Positions 1 to 12,359 of a stretch of 52,023 nucleotides of DNA are shown here, piece by piece; the first letter of the stretch is position 1; each line of letters opens with the position of its first letter. Under the pieces are notes generated by a model, which worked only from the letters and a program-made list of their open reading frames with translations, was not told where the DNA came from and ran no database searches. Where the stretch lies: NCBI GenBank assembly GCA_001662655.1, contig KV460267.1; one strand, given 5' to 3'. Both the position numbers and the translations under genes were made by a program. The DNA comes from Pseudogymnoascus verrucosus (taxonomy: Eukaryota).

Positions 1-601
1 TTAGGCCGTCAAGATATGGCGAGGCAGTGCAAATTTCCCGTAGCGACATTAACGCTTGCGCAGACTCAATTAACGCCAGTATTTTCACCGGCGGTCTGGA
101 TCCAGCAGATGGCTGGCGGTCTTGATCAGGAAGTGTGTGGCGGATAACATCGGAAATGAAATGGAGATCAGCTGCTTGGTTGACCTTTGGCACGACGATC
201 GTGTCGACGGAAGGTGCTTTAAGCTGAGTAGGTGTTAATGTCATTGATTAGAATTGAAGCCATTTCCCCATTGGTGATGCTTACCACTTCGGTCAGATCC
301 TGCAATGCGTATCCGCTGTCAACGGCGTTGATACGGACTGCTTGTTCGCGTATGTTGTCCGCCTTCGGTTGCATAAGAAAATCCCTGACAGCAAATCGAG
401 CTTCATGCTTCGAATGCGGTGCTACTGAATCTTCGAGATCATATGCAACCAAGTCTACGTTGAGTGAACGTGATTTGTTCAGCATCTTTTGGGAAGAACC
501 CGGGACTGCATTCCTGGTCAACCTCTGGTCTATTATCTGCTCTGGAAACTTCGCATACCATAGAGCAATGCTCTTCTCAAGACGGAGGCTGCCGAGCTCA
601 T
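1..601 (-). CDS. CitE / citrate lyase beta-like CoA lyase (citramalyl-CoA lyase-like); 3' end lies outside the window
   Basis: Spliced model: ATG 601, introns 506-558 and 224-284, giving MSSAASVLRRALLYVPGSSQKML...YDLEDSV...AVRINAVDS...IVVPKV. The LYVPG, DLEDSV, VRIN and VPKV motifs are typical of CitE. Confidence 0.88.
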
Positions 602-952
602 TTTTCAGTATATCTTGGACAAGACCTCTCAAACGTTACGTCCATTATTTTTTATTTGAGTGCTACAGTACGACTGATGTTGTTGTCAGCCGAGTGTCGT
701 CTATTGATTTCGGCCCGTATCCATCAATTAGCCGACTTCGAACCTCCGGTTATCCGATAAGGCAACCCATGCTCTCGAAAGCACAATTTTACAGGTAGGA
801 TAGATCCTGAGTGAAATAGGGCGGGCCTGCTAAATATTCTTGAAATTTGGTTTTCGTTACAGCATAGTATCATCTATATTACTAAAGTAAAGCTCTACGT
901 CTGTCATTCATATCCATAGAGTTGAACACCAACCGTAAACCTACGTCTGAGA

Positions 953-2016
953 ATGGTCCGGATCTCTATGCGCCTATGCTCGAAGGCGGCTTCTTCATCT
1001 GCCGCTGCGGCAGCCGAATTCTTGCAGCGTACGTCCAAAGCTGTCTCTTTCGTACAGGAGCAGTTTCTTGATCCAAACCAGCTCCAGAAGCTGTCGCTCA
1101 CTCTGGGACGGCCGACACTCTACAAGTCCCTGAGAATTGACTCAAAACCTCCACCTCAAGGTACACCACTGCCTCCAGGATATCATCTAGCCTATTTCAC
1201 GCCCTCAGGATGTGAGCAAGAACTTGGTCTTGATGGTACCGATCGTACGGTAAATCCACCGCATCCTTTTACCAGAAGGATGTGGGCTGGGGGTTCACTG
1301 CACTGGGTTCGCGATAACTTGTTGAAAGTTGGCCAGACGGTAAGAGAGACGACGGAAGTTATGTCGGCAATACCAAAAACAACGAGGGAAGGAGAAGAAA
1401 TGATTGTGGTTGGGGTCAAGAAAACGTTTGAGAACGATGCGGGAATAGCACTCGTTGACACGAGGTAATTTTTACTCTCACATTGCGAAAAGATCTGATA
1501 CATTGCTCTAGAAATTGGCTTTTCCGAAAAGAGATTACAAATCCCCAGCCGCCCTCTGAAAAACAGAAAAGCATTCAATTGCCAAAAGGTAAAATATATA
1601 AAATTGATACCAAGGGAGACACTGTGCCATCAGCTGACTAAATTAACTTGCCAGGAACCATTACCCGCGACCACTGCCAATCACCAGTTTCGCTATTTCG
1701 ATTTTCAGCTCTCACTTTCAATGCGCATAAGATCCATTATTCACGAGAGTGGTGCCGTGATGTCGAGGGGCATCGAGATATAGTGGTCCATGGGCCGCTC
1801 AATCTTATCAACATGCTCGACCTTTGGCGGGACAATCAGGAAGCCGGCGACCATGTGATTCCCCAGAGCATTGATTATCGAGCAACTTCACCACTGTATG
1901 CTGGAGACCGTTACCGGGCTGTGATGGAGAAGGGGGAGAACGGCCACGCTGATAATCTGTCTATCTATACACCGTCAGGGGCAGTTGCCATGCGAGGCAA
2001 AATCACAACTTTATAA
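953..2016 (+). CDS. Double hot-dog hydratase (itaconyl-/mesaconyl-CoA hydratase or HTD2-like), likely mitochondrial
   Basis: Exons 953-1464, 1512-1588, 1655-2016. Motifs LPPGYHLAYF, LGLDGTD, RRMWAGG, LFRFSALTFNAHKIHY, VVHGPL. The R/S/A-rich N-terminus resembles a presequence. Confidence 0.88.
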
Positions 2017-2017
2017 G

Positions 2018-2373
2018 TAGTGTTAGCAAGATGTAGTTATAGTAAAAATGAGCCTTAGGGTTAGGGTCTTTAATAATAGAGCTAATATTCTTATAAAGAA
2101 AAGGAATAGGCTCTATCCTAAAATGGTTTAATATTTACTTTGTTTACTAGATTGGGGTCATATACTAGAGGTTAAAGAAAGTAAAGCTAAAGACACTAAT
2201 GACGAGGGGAAGAGTAGTTATATAGTTATTTTATCTATTCTACTTTTATATTTTAAGCCTCATTATCCTAAAGATCCGGATATAACCTCTATCTATCCGT
2301 TAGACGTCAGACGGATCATGATCTTACCCGTGAGGGCTTAGGATCAGACCCGGATACGATCTGCCGAACACTG
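2018..2373. mobile_element. AT-rich, RIP-like relic, possibly a degraded hAT-type element
   Basis: TpA-rich tract. The right end reads CAGTGTTCGGCAGATCGTA on the minus strand; the left end TAGTGTTAGCAAGATGTA is a degenerate match. No target-site duplication seen. Confidence 0.3.
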
Positions 2374-3032
2374 CTGTATTGTGGCTGGAATCTGCCAAGT
2401 TAGAATAGTTGTCGTCTTGGGCAGTCGGCTACTGTAGCTGACTTATATTTCAGCCGAATAAATTTCCAGATCCCCGCACTTTCGGTGCGGGGTATGAGGG
2501 GTTGTGGGGAGGGTGGGTCCCCATATGCTAAAATCATCTGTTTAGTCCCCACAATCTGCCATCTTCCGTTGCCGTATCATGGGGTTGCTAGCTCAGTGTT
2601 CGTCTCAGTATTCATCTCGGGTTATGAGAGAACATATAAATCTTTCAATAGATGGCCACTACGTCGGTTACCCAGGCCAATAGTATCCCTAGAGAGCACT
2701 AACTACACGGCAATTGCAGCTTGGGGTAACAAGACTTTGAGCGCTTGAAGTTGTCTCCACATCTGCCGCGATGATATCCCGCCGCTCCGTTGATATTGAC
2801 GGAAGTTGCCCGAATGGTACTCCAACTAACCAAGCCAGAAAGCCGACTCGATCCCGACTAAGCGATGGTTAGGCTATATGACTTCTATTCAAGAAAAACG
2901 ATTATCTTGCGACTCTGTCTCATTACCTGGGACAGTTGCTCCCTGTCAACTCTCCGTAGTCTCAATTAAATCGTCTTTGAGTATCTTTATGAGCATTTTA
3001 CTTGCTTTTGCCTTGCATTTATGGTAATCACC

Positions 3033-4835
3033 ATGTTGGAATCGTTAGATTCTGACAAACAGTCTACTCAGATGGCTGAAGCCCACATTGAAGAAGCTCG
3101 CCATGGCAATGGACAAGACATGGAGCAAACCGCAGCACACAAAGCTCTTGTCCGGAAGCAGGATCTTCGCATCATCCCACTCTGTGCCTTTATCTACCTA
3201 CTTTGTTTTCTTGATCGCTCAAACATTGGTTCGTAGTAAGGATCCTGTCTCTCGGGTGATAAAAGCCTGACCTGTCAACAGGAAATGCCAAGACCCTTAA
3301 CGCCAATGTTAAGCACGATCTCCTTTCGGAGACTGGTATAAGCAATTATCAGTATCTGTAAGTCTTTTTCTGCCGAGGTTTCAGAGACCACGAATGACAC
3401 GAATGACTGAACCCCTTAGAGCATCGCTCTCATGATTTTTTTGGTTGCATATGGAATATTCGAAGTTCCAAGCAACTACTTCTTGAAAAAATTTACCCCA
3501 AGCAAATGGATCTCGCTATTGATGTTTTCGTGGGGTGCCTTGACCATTGGTCTGGGGGGTTCTGGCAATTTTGCAACTGTCACCGTCCTTCGATTTTTTC
3601 TAGGTGCATTTGAGGCTGGTATATTGACCCTATGTATGACTTACCGCCTCATCTTTGCTGACAAACATTGTACACAGGCCTTTTCCCCGGACTAGTTTAT
3701 TACATCACGTTCTGGTATCGGACCGACGAGCGCTCAATTCGTGTTGCTTTCATCCTCGCCTCTGCAACTATTGCCGGTGCGTTCGGAGGAGTTTTGGCCT
3801 TCGGAATCGGCCACATGGACGATGCTGGTGGTCTTTCCGCCTGGAGGTGGCTCTTTATTATTGAGGGCATACCAAGCTGCCTGTCTTCGATATTGGTATT
3901 TTTCTTTTTGCCCGATTATCCCGAGACAGCCAATTGGTTGAACAGTGAAGAGAAAGCACTAGCAATCGAAAGACTTCGCGTTGAAGGCTCTCATGGCACT
4001 GATGAATCTATGGGTTGGGTCGACGTCAAGGCTACCCTTGTCGACTGGAGGTTATACGCCCATTATGTTGTAAGCTGAAGCACCAAACTATCTCTCTTTA
4101 GCAGTAGTTAATCAACTAACACCTTTGCAGCTCTACTTTGCTATGAACACACCATATTCATCGCTGTCACTCTTTACACCAAGTATTACTGCCGGGTTAG
4201 GGTTCCACAACCTCCAAGCCCAGTTGATGACAGTCCCTCCTTACGCAGTTGCTTGTAAGCATATATACTCTGGGAACATATGACCATCTGCTGATAGATC
4301 CAATAGACGTTTTCACCATCGCAGTCGCCTATTCTGCAGACCACTTCAACGCGCGTGCCCTCCACTGCTCTGGAGCCGCATTGATTGGAGCCATTGGATT
4401 CTTGGTTTCCGGTTTACTCCCAGCAACCGCTTATTCTGTTGGTATTTCCGTTACCTAGCATATCTGAATCATATACTGATCAACAGCCTTCAGGCTCGAT
4501 ATGGATGCCTCATTGTCGCAACTTGTGGCTCATTTGGCCTCATCCCACCTCTTTTAGGCTGGTTGTCGTCTAACGTACACTCCACCGCCTCGGCAGGACT
4601 GGTCATTGGGATCAATCAGATGTGGGGAGCACCAGGCCAGATTACTGGCGTCTTCATCTACAAAGCTGATCAAGCCAAGCGAGGCTATCCTACCGGCCAC
4701 TTTGTCAATGCTGTAATGCTGTTTCTGGTTTCTATCTTATCTTTATGTTTGCTCTTCTATTATCGTTATATCAACTCGCAAATTACGAAGAAAGGGGGCG
4801 AAGGCGTTGCAGCTGTACGGTATTTCAGATATTAA
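3033..4835 (+). CDS. MFS transporter, anion:cation symporter (Dal5/Tna1-like)
   Basis: Multi-exon gene. Motifs DLRIIP, LDRSNIGNA, FEVPSN, EAGLFPG, WRWLFIIEG, FLPDYPETA. Start could be 3021, 3033 or 3072. Confidence 0.9.
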
Positions 4836-5182
4836 GACGCAAACTCTATGTTTAAGGCCCTTGTGGACAATTTACTTCCAAGGCTTCTTTAAACTTCCTA
4901 CAATACACAGTGTAATAGAAAGCTTTAAAATGCATGCAATGAAAGTTGCGAAATATTATACTCTTGAAATGTGCTGAGACGAGTTACACGATCAGGGCTG
5001 TAGTGATTTCAAGAAGTCTTGCCATATCGCTAGTCACAAAGAGCTTATATCAGTATACAGAGTATGCAACTTCACATTTGTTTCAAGACAAAGTTAAGAA
5101 TGAGTATGTCTCAAAGCTAAAGTATGTATCTATTTTGTCGCTATACCTTGTGATGCCTCTACAGCAGTCCTCTACAGGAATC

Positions 5183-5595
5183 TCAATCGCTGTCCAAAAT
5201 CACGACCTCCGCTTCCTCCTCACCAATACTCTCAAAGCCAAGCACATCACCGGCCTGAACGCTGCTAACAAACGCACCGTCTCCTTCTCCTAGAACAGAA
5301 TCTTCTCGTCCATCCAATCTAATCTTGGACTTCCCATCCTTTGTCATCGGAACGTGGGTATAGACCTTCCTGTCCATCCTGCTCTTTACCACTGACTTCT
5401 CATCCCCCTCACCACCAACGACCCACTCAAATCTCTTCCCTTCACCAATAATCCCCGCCGCCATTACAAAGTCGGCATGTATCGGAATGGTTTCCAGAAG
5501 TGCCGGAACATCTGCCTTCTCTTCCTCAGCGCTTGCACCCTTGCCCGCAGCAAGTGGGGACAGCATTGGAACGAAAGCCTTCCGTTCGCCTCCTT
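5183..5595 (-). pseudogene. Pirin-like protein, C-terminal fragment only
   Basis: IPIHADFVMAAGII...KVYTHVPM...LGEGDGAFV...EAEVVILDSD matches the fungal pirin C-terminus. Upstream of about 5595 it is replaced by AT-rich sequence, so the N-terminal cupin is missing. Confidence 0.72.
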
Positions 5596-6634
5596 AGCAG
5601 ACTATATATAATATATCTTCTCGTGTTACGAAGGACGTATGTTTAGACTAGGGCTGGGGGAGATGGGTGTTGTGTCTCTTATATAATAAAACTTTAAATT
5701 ATATCTCGTAGCCGGTTTGCTGAGCTTAGCTTTATTTCCTTTAGCTGGGGTAGCACTCTGAAATTGCTCAATGCCCCCATCTTACAAATACGATTGTAGT
5801 GGAGGCTACAAGTCTGGGAGTGTATTCAGGGCATACTTGGATGCTACCCTCAGATGTTCCATTATCCGCGTAGAGAATGCACGTGTAGTTGTGCCAATGT
5901 AACATTCATATTCCTGCCCAATCCCTAACATATTTATATACATGCCCCCACTATGGTGGTTCCTCTAATGTATGTCTTTTCCGTTTTTTTGCTCTTTTGT
6001 TGTCGCTGCTATATGTGTCTTTTTGGTTGGGTCCGAGAACGAAGACATGTTATGGCTCAAAAAGCCCGACAGTGAAATTGTACCCAGCCTCAAATAAAGA
6101 GGAAATGTAATAAATTTGCTACAAGGTGGCGATGTTTGACTTTGATAGCTATGGCAGCACACAGTTTAGATGAAGAATGCGGGGTTGTGGGGAGGGGAAG
6201 TCCTGGTAAAAGATAAAAGGGCCGTATTCATCCACGAGATGCTATACTTTTTGGCCCTTTTTGAAGTAGCACCAGCGGCTGTAGGTGCCAAGAAAGTTTA
6301 AATGGTGGGCCTTTGATCTTCCATGAAACCGGCCCAGGGATTTAGGAATCCGACCCCAGAAAGGCCAATGTGCCGGACAATTGTATTAGGCTTATAGCTG
6401 TATTTGTTGCAATTTTTGCTGATCAGGCTAGGTCGGCATACGACTGGTTAGGATATTTCAAATGGAATCGATTTCGGAGTACACGGGCCGCAGAACTTTT
6501 CCTAAATATCCAGAGTGATCAATTAAAGCTGGCTAATAAATAGAAATAATGTATAAAACTTTCTTGTATCTCAAGCAGTCCTGACTGTTGCGTCAAATCC
6601 TCAGAATCCCCACGACCCAAGTCACTCCTACGGC

Positions 6635-7721
6635 ATGCATTTCAAACCCTCATTTATCAGCCTGGTGGCCCCACTACTAGCTGGCCTGCCCATCGCTCTA
6701 AGCGCAGAGGCCTACCCATCACTTCCGACATGGAAATGCACCGCCTCAGGAGGCTGCGTGGAGCAGAACACCTCAGTCGTGCTCGACCAGGTCGCTCCAT
6801 TTGCCCAGGGCGCCCCCGGCTCAAGAACAGCGGATGACTATGCAGCCATGGGGGTTTCCACTTCAGGGAATGCAGTGACTTTGTATCACTACGTTAACAG
6901 TGGCGGCACACTCAACGCAGCATCGCCGCGTATTTACCTCATAGACGAAAATGGAGAATACGTTATGATGACCCTCCTTGACAATCAGGAGCTTTCTGTG
7001 GACGTCGACTACTCGACGCTCCCTTGCGGAGAGAATGGTGCCTTTTATCTGTCTCAAATGGAGGCTGATGGTGGGAGTAGTGGTGGTGCAGGCGCTGGCA
7101 TGGGTTACTGTGATGCCCAGTGCCAGGGATACTGCTGTGCTGAGATGGATATTCTCGAGGCAAACTTAATGGCGACGGCCATGACGCCGCATCCATGCAA
7201 GGGCGACAACTGTGACAAGGGCGGCTGCGGATTCAACCCTTATGCAAGCGGTCAGCCCAACTTCTATGGAGTCGGAAAGACAGTTGACACGGGTAAGACG
7301 TTTACTGTTTTGACACAGTTTATTGCCAGCGGGGGGGTTTTGTCGCAGATAACACGCAAGTACATCCAGAACGGACAGGAAATCAACAGTGGAGCCATTT
7401 CTAGCTGTGGCTCAGTGAAAGGGACGGGTGGTATGCCCGGTATGGGCGAGTCCCTTGGGAGTGGTAGTAAGCACTTACCTACCTGAAGTGTTCAACCGTA
7501 CATAACTTGTCACTGACTAATATCTCACAGTGGTGCTGGCAATGAGCATCTGGAACGATGCTGCACAGAACATGGGCTGGCTTGACGCAGGCGGCAATGG
7601 GCCTTGCACCGACGGCGAAGGCAGCCCATCTAATATCAAGGCTCAGCACCCCGACACTCACGTCGTATTCTCCAATATTAGATGGGGGGACATTGGATCT
7701 ACTACTAGTGGCGAGAACTGA
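6635..7721 (+). CDS. Secreted GH7 endoglucanase-like protein without CBM1
   Basis: Signal peptide; [27 protein letters not shown], catalytic [26 protein letters not shown]. Intron 7467-7530; 340 aa. Confidence 0.93.
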
Positions 7722-7982
7722 GTAGAGAGGCGTCATTTCGCTAGCCCTGTCAATGAGCCATGCTCCAAGGGGTCGCAGCTTTCTAGAGGCGAGGAGGAGA
7801 AGGGGAGAGGTTAAACTGGATTACAACGAGTGATGATGCTGATGATGGCAAATGGCGAGGGACACTATTTGCTGACGAGGATTTACGACGAGGATACTAA
7901 ATATGGATATACCGAAAATAAAAGAGTAGGGTATACTTTTCACAGGAAACAGGGCTTATTTGCTTATATTCGCCTTCCACTT

Positions 7983-9422
7983 TTAATCCCGCCACTCCTC
8001 AGCCTCCTTCCCCGCACGCTCATCCAAGTTAGTCCCATCCAAAACCGTCGTCTGCGTCACTGTCCAAAAAGTCGGGAAGACAATCACTTACGCACCCATC
8101 GACAACCTCCAAGTCATAGCCAACTGCGCCATAGCAGAGACACGCAGTGCATTAATCCTCCAAGCCATGGCACCATCAGTTGCCTGGAAAGTCTTATACG
8201 CACCAACTAGAACGGCTGCTCTTGTTGTGGAATTCGACTCCATTCCAATCAGCCAGTAGGCAAAGCCTTGCTACAAAGCATCGTAAGCCCCGTAGAAAAT
8301 GTAGAGAAACATTAGACTGGCGGCAATGGAACCTTGCACATAGTCGATGTCCTGCTTAAACCCAGCTGCCATTCTATGGTCTTGCCATTTTTGAAAAGCA
8401 TATCCCCTGCCCCAAATTGCCATCCCAGAAGTGAACAAGACAGCCTATCTAAGTTTGGCTTTTGCCGGTCGTGCGAGAAAAGGGAGATCGAGGAGTACAC
8501 TAATGAGGAGTCCTCCCGCCATTTGTGCCATCCAGTACAAAGCACCGTTCAAGGACCGAGTGCGAATGTTGGAATTCATGCCATTAACATCATTCTGTTG
8601 ATACGAATAGAAGACGTTTGCGCAGAAGAATAGGAGAAGCATGCATGCAACACGCTATGTGCACACTGTCTGGACGGATCGCTTTGCTGTCTCCTTCAGA
8701 GAGTATGTTTCGGACTCCACGGCTGCGTGAAGCTGAGCTAGCTTGATGCGAGGTGGAGAGCATATGAAAACCCCAAGAACCCAGCCTACAAGCATGATAA
8801 CCATAAGCGCGATATACGTCGAGTCCGATACGGTGCCACTTTTGGAGTGGGAATTCAGACCAAAAGACGCCAGGGAGCCGACACCACCTCCGACGTTAAA
8901 TATGATCCAAAATACTGCAATTACGCGGCCTTTTTGCGACTCCTCAACATAGGTGGTCATGATGGCTCCTTGGACAACCCATAGCATAGATGCGCCGATA
9001 CCCAATATTGCACCCGAGGCAATCACAAAGGCGCCGTTGTAATAAAACATACGATTAAAATTCAGTAGACTGCCGCTGTATAACGCATATGTCCATCCAC
9101 CGAGAAGAAAGCAGGTTCGAGGGCCAACCCAGGAGAATAGGGGCCCAACTATAAATAAAGCAGTGGCAGCAGTCGCAGATAACAGAGCAACGTCGGCATT
9201 AGCCGCGACAGTTTTGTCGACCTGACCTGAGCCTCCTAACCCGCCGAGAGCATTGTACATCTAATATGCAATCAGTCTGTGTTTTATCTTCAAGAAATTA
9301 GGCAGGAGACTTACCCCTGGGCAGCAAAAGCATATCATACGAATGAGAATTATTTGAGTCCATGGATTGGCATAAAAGTCTTTTAGGCGGCTCTGCCGCG
9401 GGTTTCCAACTTCGGTATCCAT
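7983..9422 (-). pseudogene. UNC-93-like (DUF895) MFS transporter with in-frame stops
   Basis: ATG 9422, intron 9261-9314, FCCPGMYNALGGLGGSG motif. In-frame TAG at 8655, 8445 and about 8271 (positions compatible with TGG), plus a TAA near 8088; the frame continues to TAA at 7983. Confidence 0.85.
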
Positions 9423-9788
9423 GCTCTTCTTCAGTCGATTTGATAAAGCAGTGCCTATGTGGCAGAAGGATTATATTGAAATAGAAAGGTGCGTTGCGGT
9501 AGATATTGGCAATGCTTATCTGCAGATCTATGTGTAAGGTTAGCTTAATGTCCGGGGAATGCGGTTGCCAAGGCGGGGATCGGAGAGATACTCAAATACT
9601 CTTATAGAACAAAAGCTTTACTCCACAATGTGCACAGCAGTTTGATTTCGATCTTGCTAATTCTAATCTAGAAGCTAAGTATCGTAACATGGTGTGAATG
9701 AGCAAAATTTCCACACAATCCCTATGTGGGCGCTCAAATGCAGTGGACAGATGCTGCACTCGCCCTTATATCACTGCCAAATATAAAT

Positions 9789-10487
9789 ATGCCACTACCA
9801 ATCAACTTAGAAGGTCTACAAACCGAAGGGAGAAACCACGGCAGTAATTATATTGACCGAGTCAGTACATTAAGACTCTGCCAGATCATTAACAGCGAAG
9901 ATGCCAGTATCGCGGGCAACTGTTCAAAAATGCCTACCGGTTATAGCACAAGCCATCGATGACCTGGAGCCAAAGGCTCGTAGAGGAGGAAGAATTGTAT
10001 ATGTTGGTGCTGGAACAAGTCGAAGGTATGTTCTTCCAATAAAGGGACACGGAGGATTCTAACTGAAATCCAAAAGGCTGGGCGTCTTAGACGCCTCGGA
10101 AATACCCCCAACGTTCTCGGCGTCAAGTGAGCAGTTTGTCGCTCTAATCGCCGGAGGAGATGTTGCCCTGCGCCACGCGCAAGAGGCTGCTGAAGATGAC
10201 GTCGAAGCGGGTCGTGAAGATTTGAAGGCTTTGAATTTAAATCTAGATCTCGACTCACTGATTGGCATCGCAGCATCTGGTCGAACTACATACGTACTAA
10301 GTTGCTTGGCCTTTGCGAAATCCCTGGGCTGCATTACTATTGGAGTTGCGTGCTGCAACCCGTCGGCCATGAGCAGCAGTGGGAGCGTGGATTTCATGAT
10401 CAGTGCTGTTACTGGACCGGAGGTGGTGACTGGCAGTACTCGAATGAAGGCAGGAACTGCGACTAAACTAGTCTTAAATATGCTGAA
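9789..10487 (+). pseudogene. MurQ-like N-acetylmuramate-6-P etherase / glucokinase-regulator SIS protein, frameshifted and 3'-truncated
   Basis: LQTEGRN...IDRVST, frameshift near 9917, [22 protein letters not shown] (intron about 10026-10077), GIAASGRT, GPEVVTGSTRMKAGTATKLVLNM, then homology stops. Confidence 0.85.
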
Positions 10488-11198
10488 GTCCGGCGGCGTG
10501 GGCGATAGTGTGGGTTTGTCAGTTTCATCCCATGAGATCTGGTAGGCTTTATGGATCTGAACGCCATAGGGAAATAGGTGGGGCGTCTTGGTCTCTGAGG
10601 CTGTGGCTGTGGCTGTGGCTATGGCTGTGGAGGATATCGCTTTGACGCCGATGGCGCTGATGCATGCTAGTTCTTGATTACCAAGGCCCTATATAGTAAC
10701 GCCGGGATTGTCTAGGTTATAGCCACTACGCAGGCATTGTCAGCACAGCACTGGTATTAAAATACGAGGGGAGATGGAAACTAGAAATTGATAACTGGAA
10801 AAAAATCTTTAGTCCGACCTTGCACAACAGTGTGCTGTAGTAGCTCGCCTTGAGAGCGAGGGGGTTTGTATGTCCACATTAACGTCTTTGAGGTAGTAGG
10901 CGGTCCACTAATCGGGGCAGACGGCTGGGCTGAAGTGGAAGCGGCTCTCGGGAATGACTTCATCCCACCCTTGAGGTTGGCATTGTGTAAACGATGGATT
11001 GCTAGGATCTGAATATACCACTGTGAGTGTGGATGTTATTAATTCGTGCTCGAAGTAGTAGCTTGATACTGCGCTGGTTGTTGTGAAGATTCTGGTGCAG
11101 CTCGGCGGGGGGGGGATGAATGGAGTGGTGAGCGCAAGCAGTGAGCTCTGGACAACGGTATTCGTAGATGGTGTTGAGGAAGTAGTAGTGGAGGCCAT
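10483..11198 (-). pseudogene. Fungal Ser/Thr-rich protein of unknown function, with stops and 3' truncation
   Basis: ATG 11198; LALTTPFIPPPPSC...CQPQGW...FSPAVCPD*WTAY...AHCCA, an intron, SGY...*...IHKAYQISWDETDKPTLSPTPP. Two in-frame TAGs. Confidence 0.65.
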
Positions 11199-12359
11199 TG
11201 TGCAGTTATATGGGGTAGTGTGAGGAAAAGATGCGAAGGTATATATATATATGGTGGGATAAATCACATAGCCACGGTTGAGTTGCCCACAGTTATAGCC
11301 CTGGCAAATTCTTACTATTGTCTCTTCAGAGGGCGGCCATATCCTAAATTAGAATGGGACTGTTTGCGAGATGCAGTACTACTCTTGTACTTTTGACACC
11401 GTGGGGTACAAAGGAAATATCCAACAAGAACCAACAACATCCAACATACGAATGTTAAAGTTTAGAGCCAGGGGTACTAAACAATTTGAACCAGTAAACA
11501 TCTTGTATCAAACACACGTGTGGTTCGCATATTACAAGTAACTTGCGATGCAAAATGGCCTGGAACATCAGAAATATCATTTCGTTTTTGACATGTACCT
11601 TTGTACTTTTCCATGGGCTATTGCCAAGCTTCTTGGCAGTTTCCTCTTTCCTCGATTTTGCTACTTTCGTGCACGTGAACAATTGTGCAAGTACAGCACA
11701 ATATCCATCGGTGCTACCACGGTAGGCTCGGCCCGATAGTTACCCCCATGGGGTCAGGTGTAGATTCTGAGCTTAATAAAGCAACACCACATGCATGTAT
11801 TTGTGTCCCTGAAATAGCCCCCCTCCGTATTCCTGCATCATGCTGGCTACGTTATATGTTTAACATGATCTCTTATCGTATCAGCAGGCACTTTCCCTGA
11901 GAAACCCCATTAAGTGCCAACAGCATCGCCAAAGATTCATGGACGTTTTCAAGGGATAGACTCAAACAGCCATACAATCCTCGAACTGCTGACATGTAAG
12001 TTTTGGGGCTATCTTACTGAACTAGTATCATGCTACTTCCATCTCCCTGCTTGGCGTGCATTTGCAGGGGGAGAAAGTATGTTATAACTAAGCTTAAACG
12101 GTATGGACAGGGAGCAATAAGGATCATTGCAATATATTCACACGCTAGTTACTGATCGTAGGATGAAGGATTCAGATGATTAGACTTACATGTGAGTTGG
12201 GCCACATGTTATTGGTTGACTCTGCCTTCTACCCCTCGAACCTCTTTCCTTCGGTATAACTGTATATATAAATACCATAGGTTCACTTACTTAGAATTCC
12301 CCCCCCTCCTCCCTAAGTCAGCGCAACACCAGGTAGACTTGTCTTTTTTCTCTATCAAA

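Noticed and set aside
232..798. 188-aa plus-strand ORF
   Set aside because: Antisense shadow of the CitE-like gene; no recognisable motif.
2055..2066. TTAGGGTTAGGG telomere-like repeat
   Set aside because: Only two units in a TpA-rich tract, where TTAG arises readily.
7983..9422. Stop-codon readthrough or TAG recoding in the UNC-93-like gene
   Set aside because: A TAA and Gly-codon G>A-type changes are also present and the neighbour is broken, so mutational decay is simpler; A-to-I editing was not testable.
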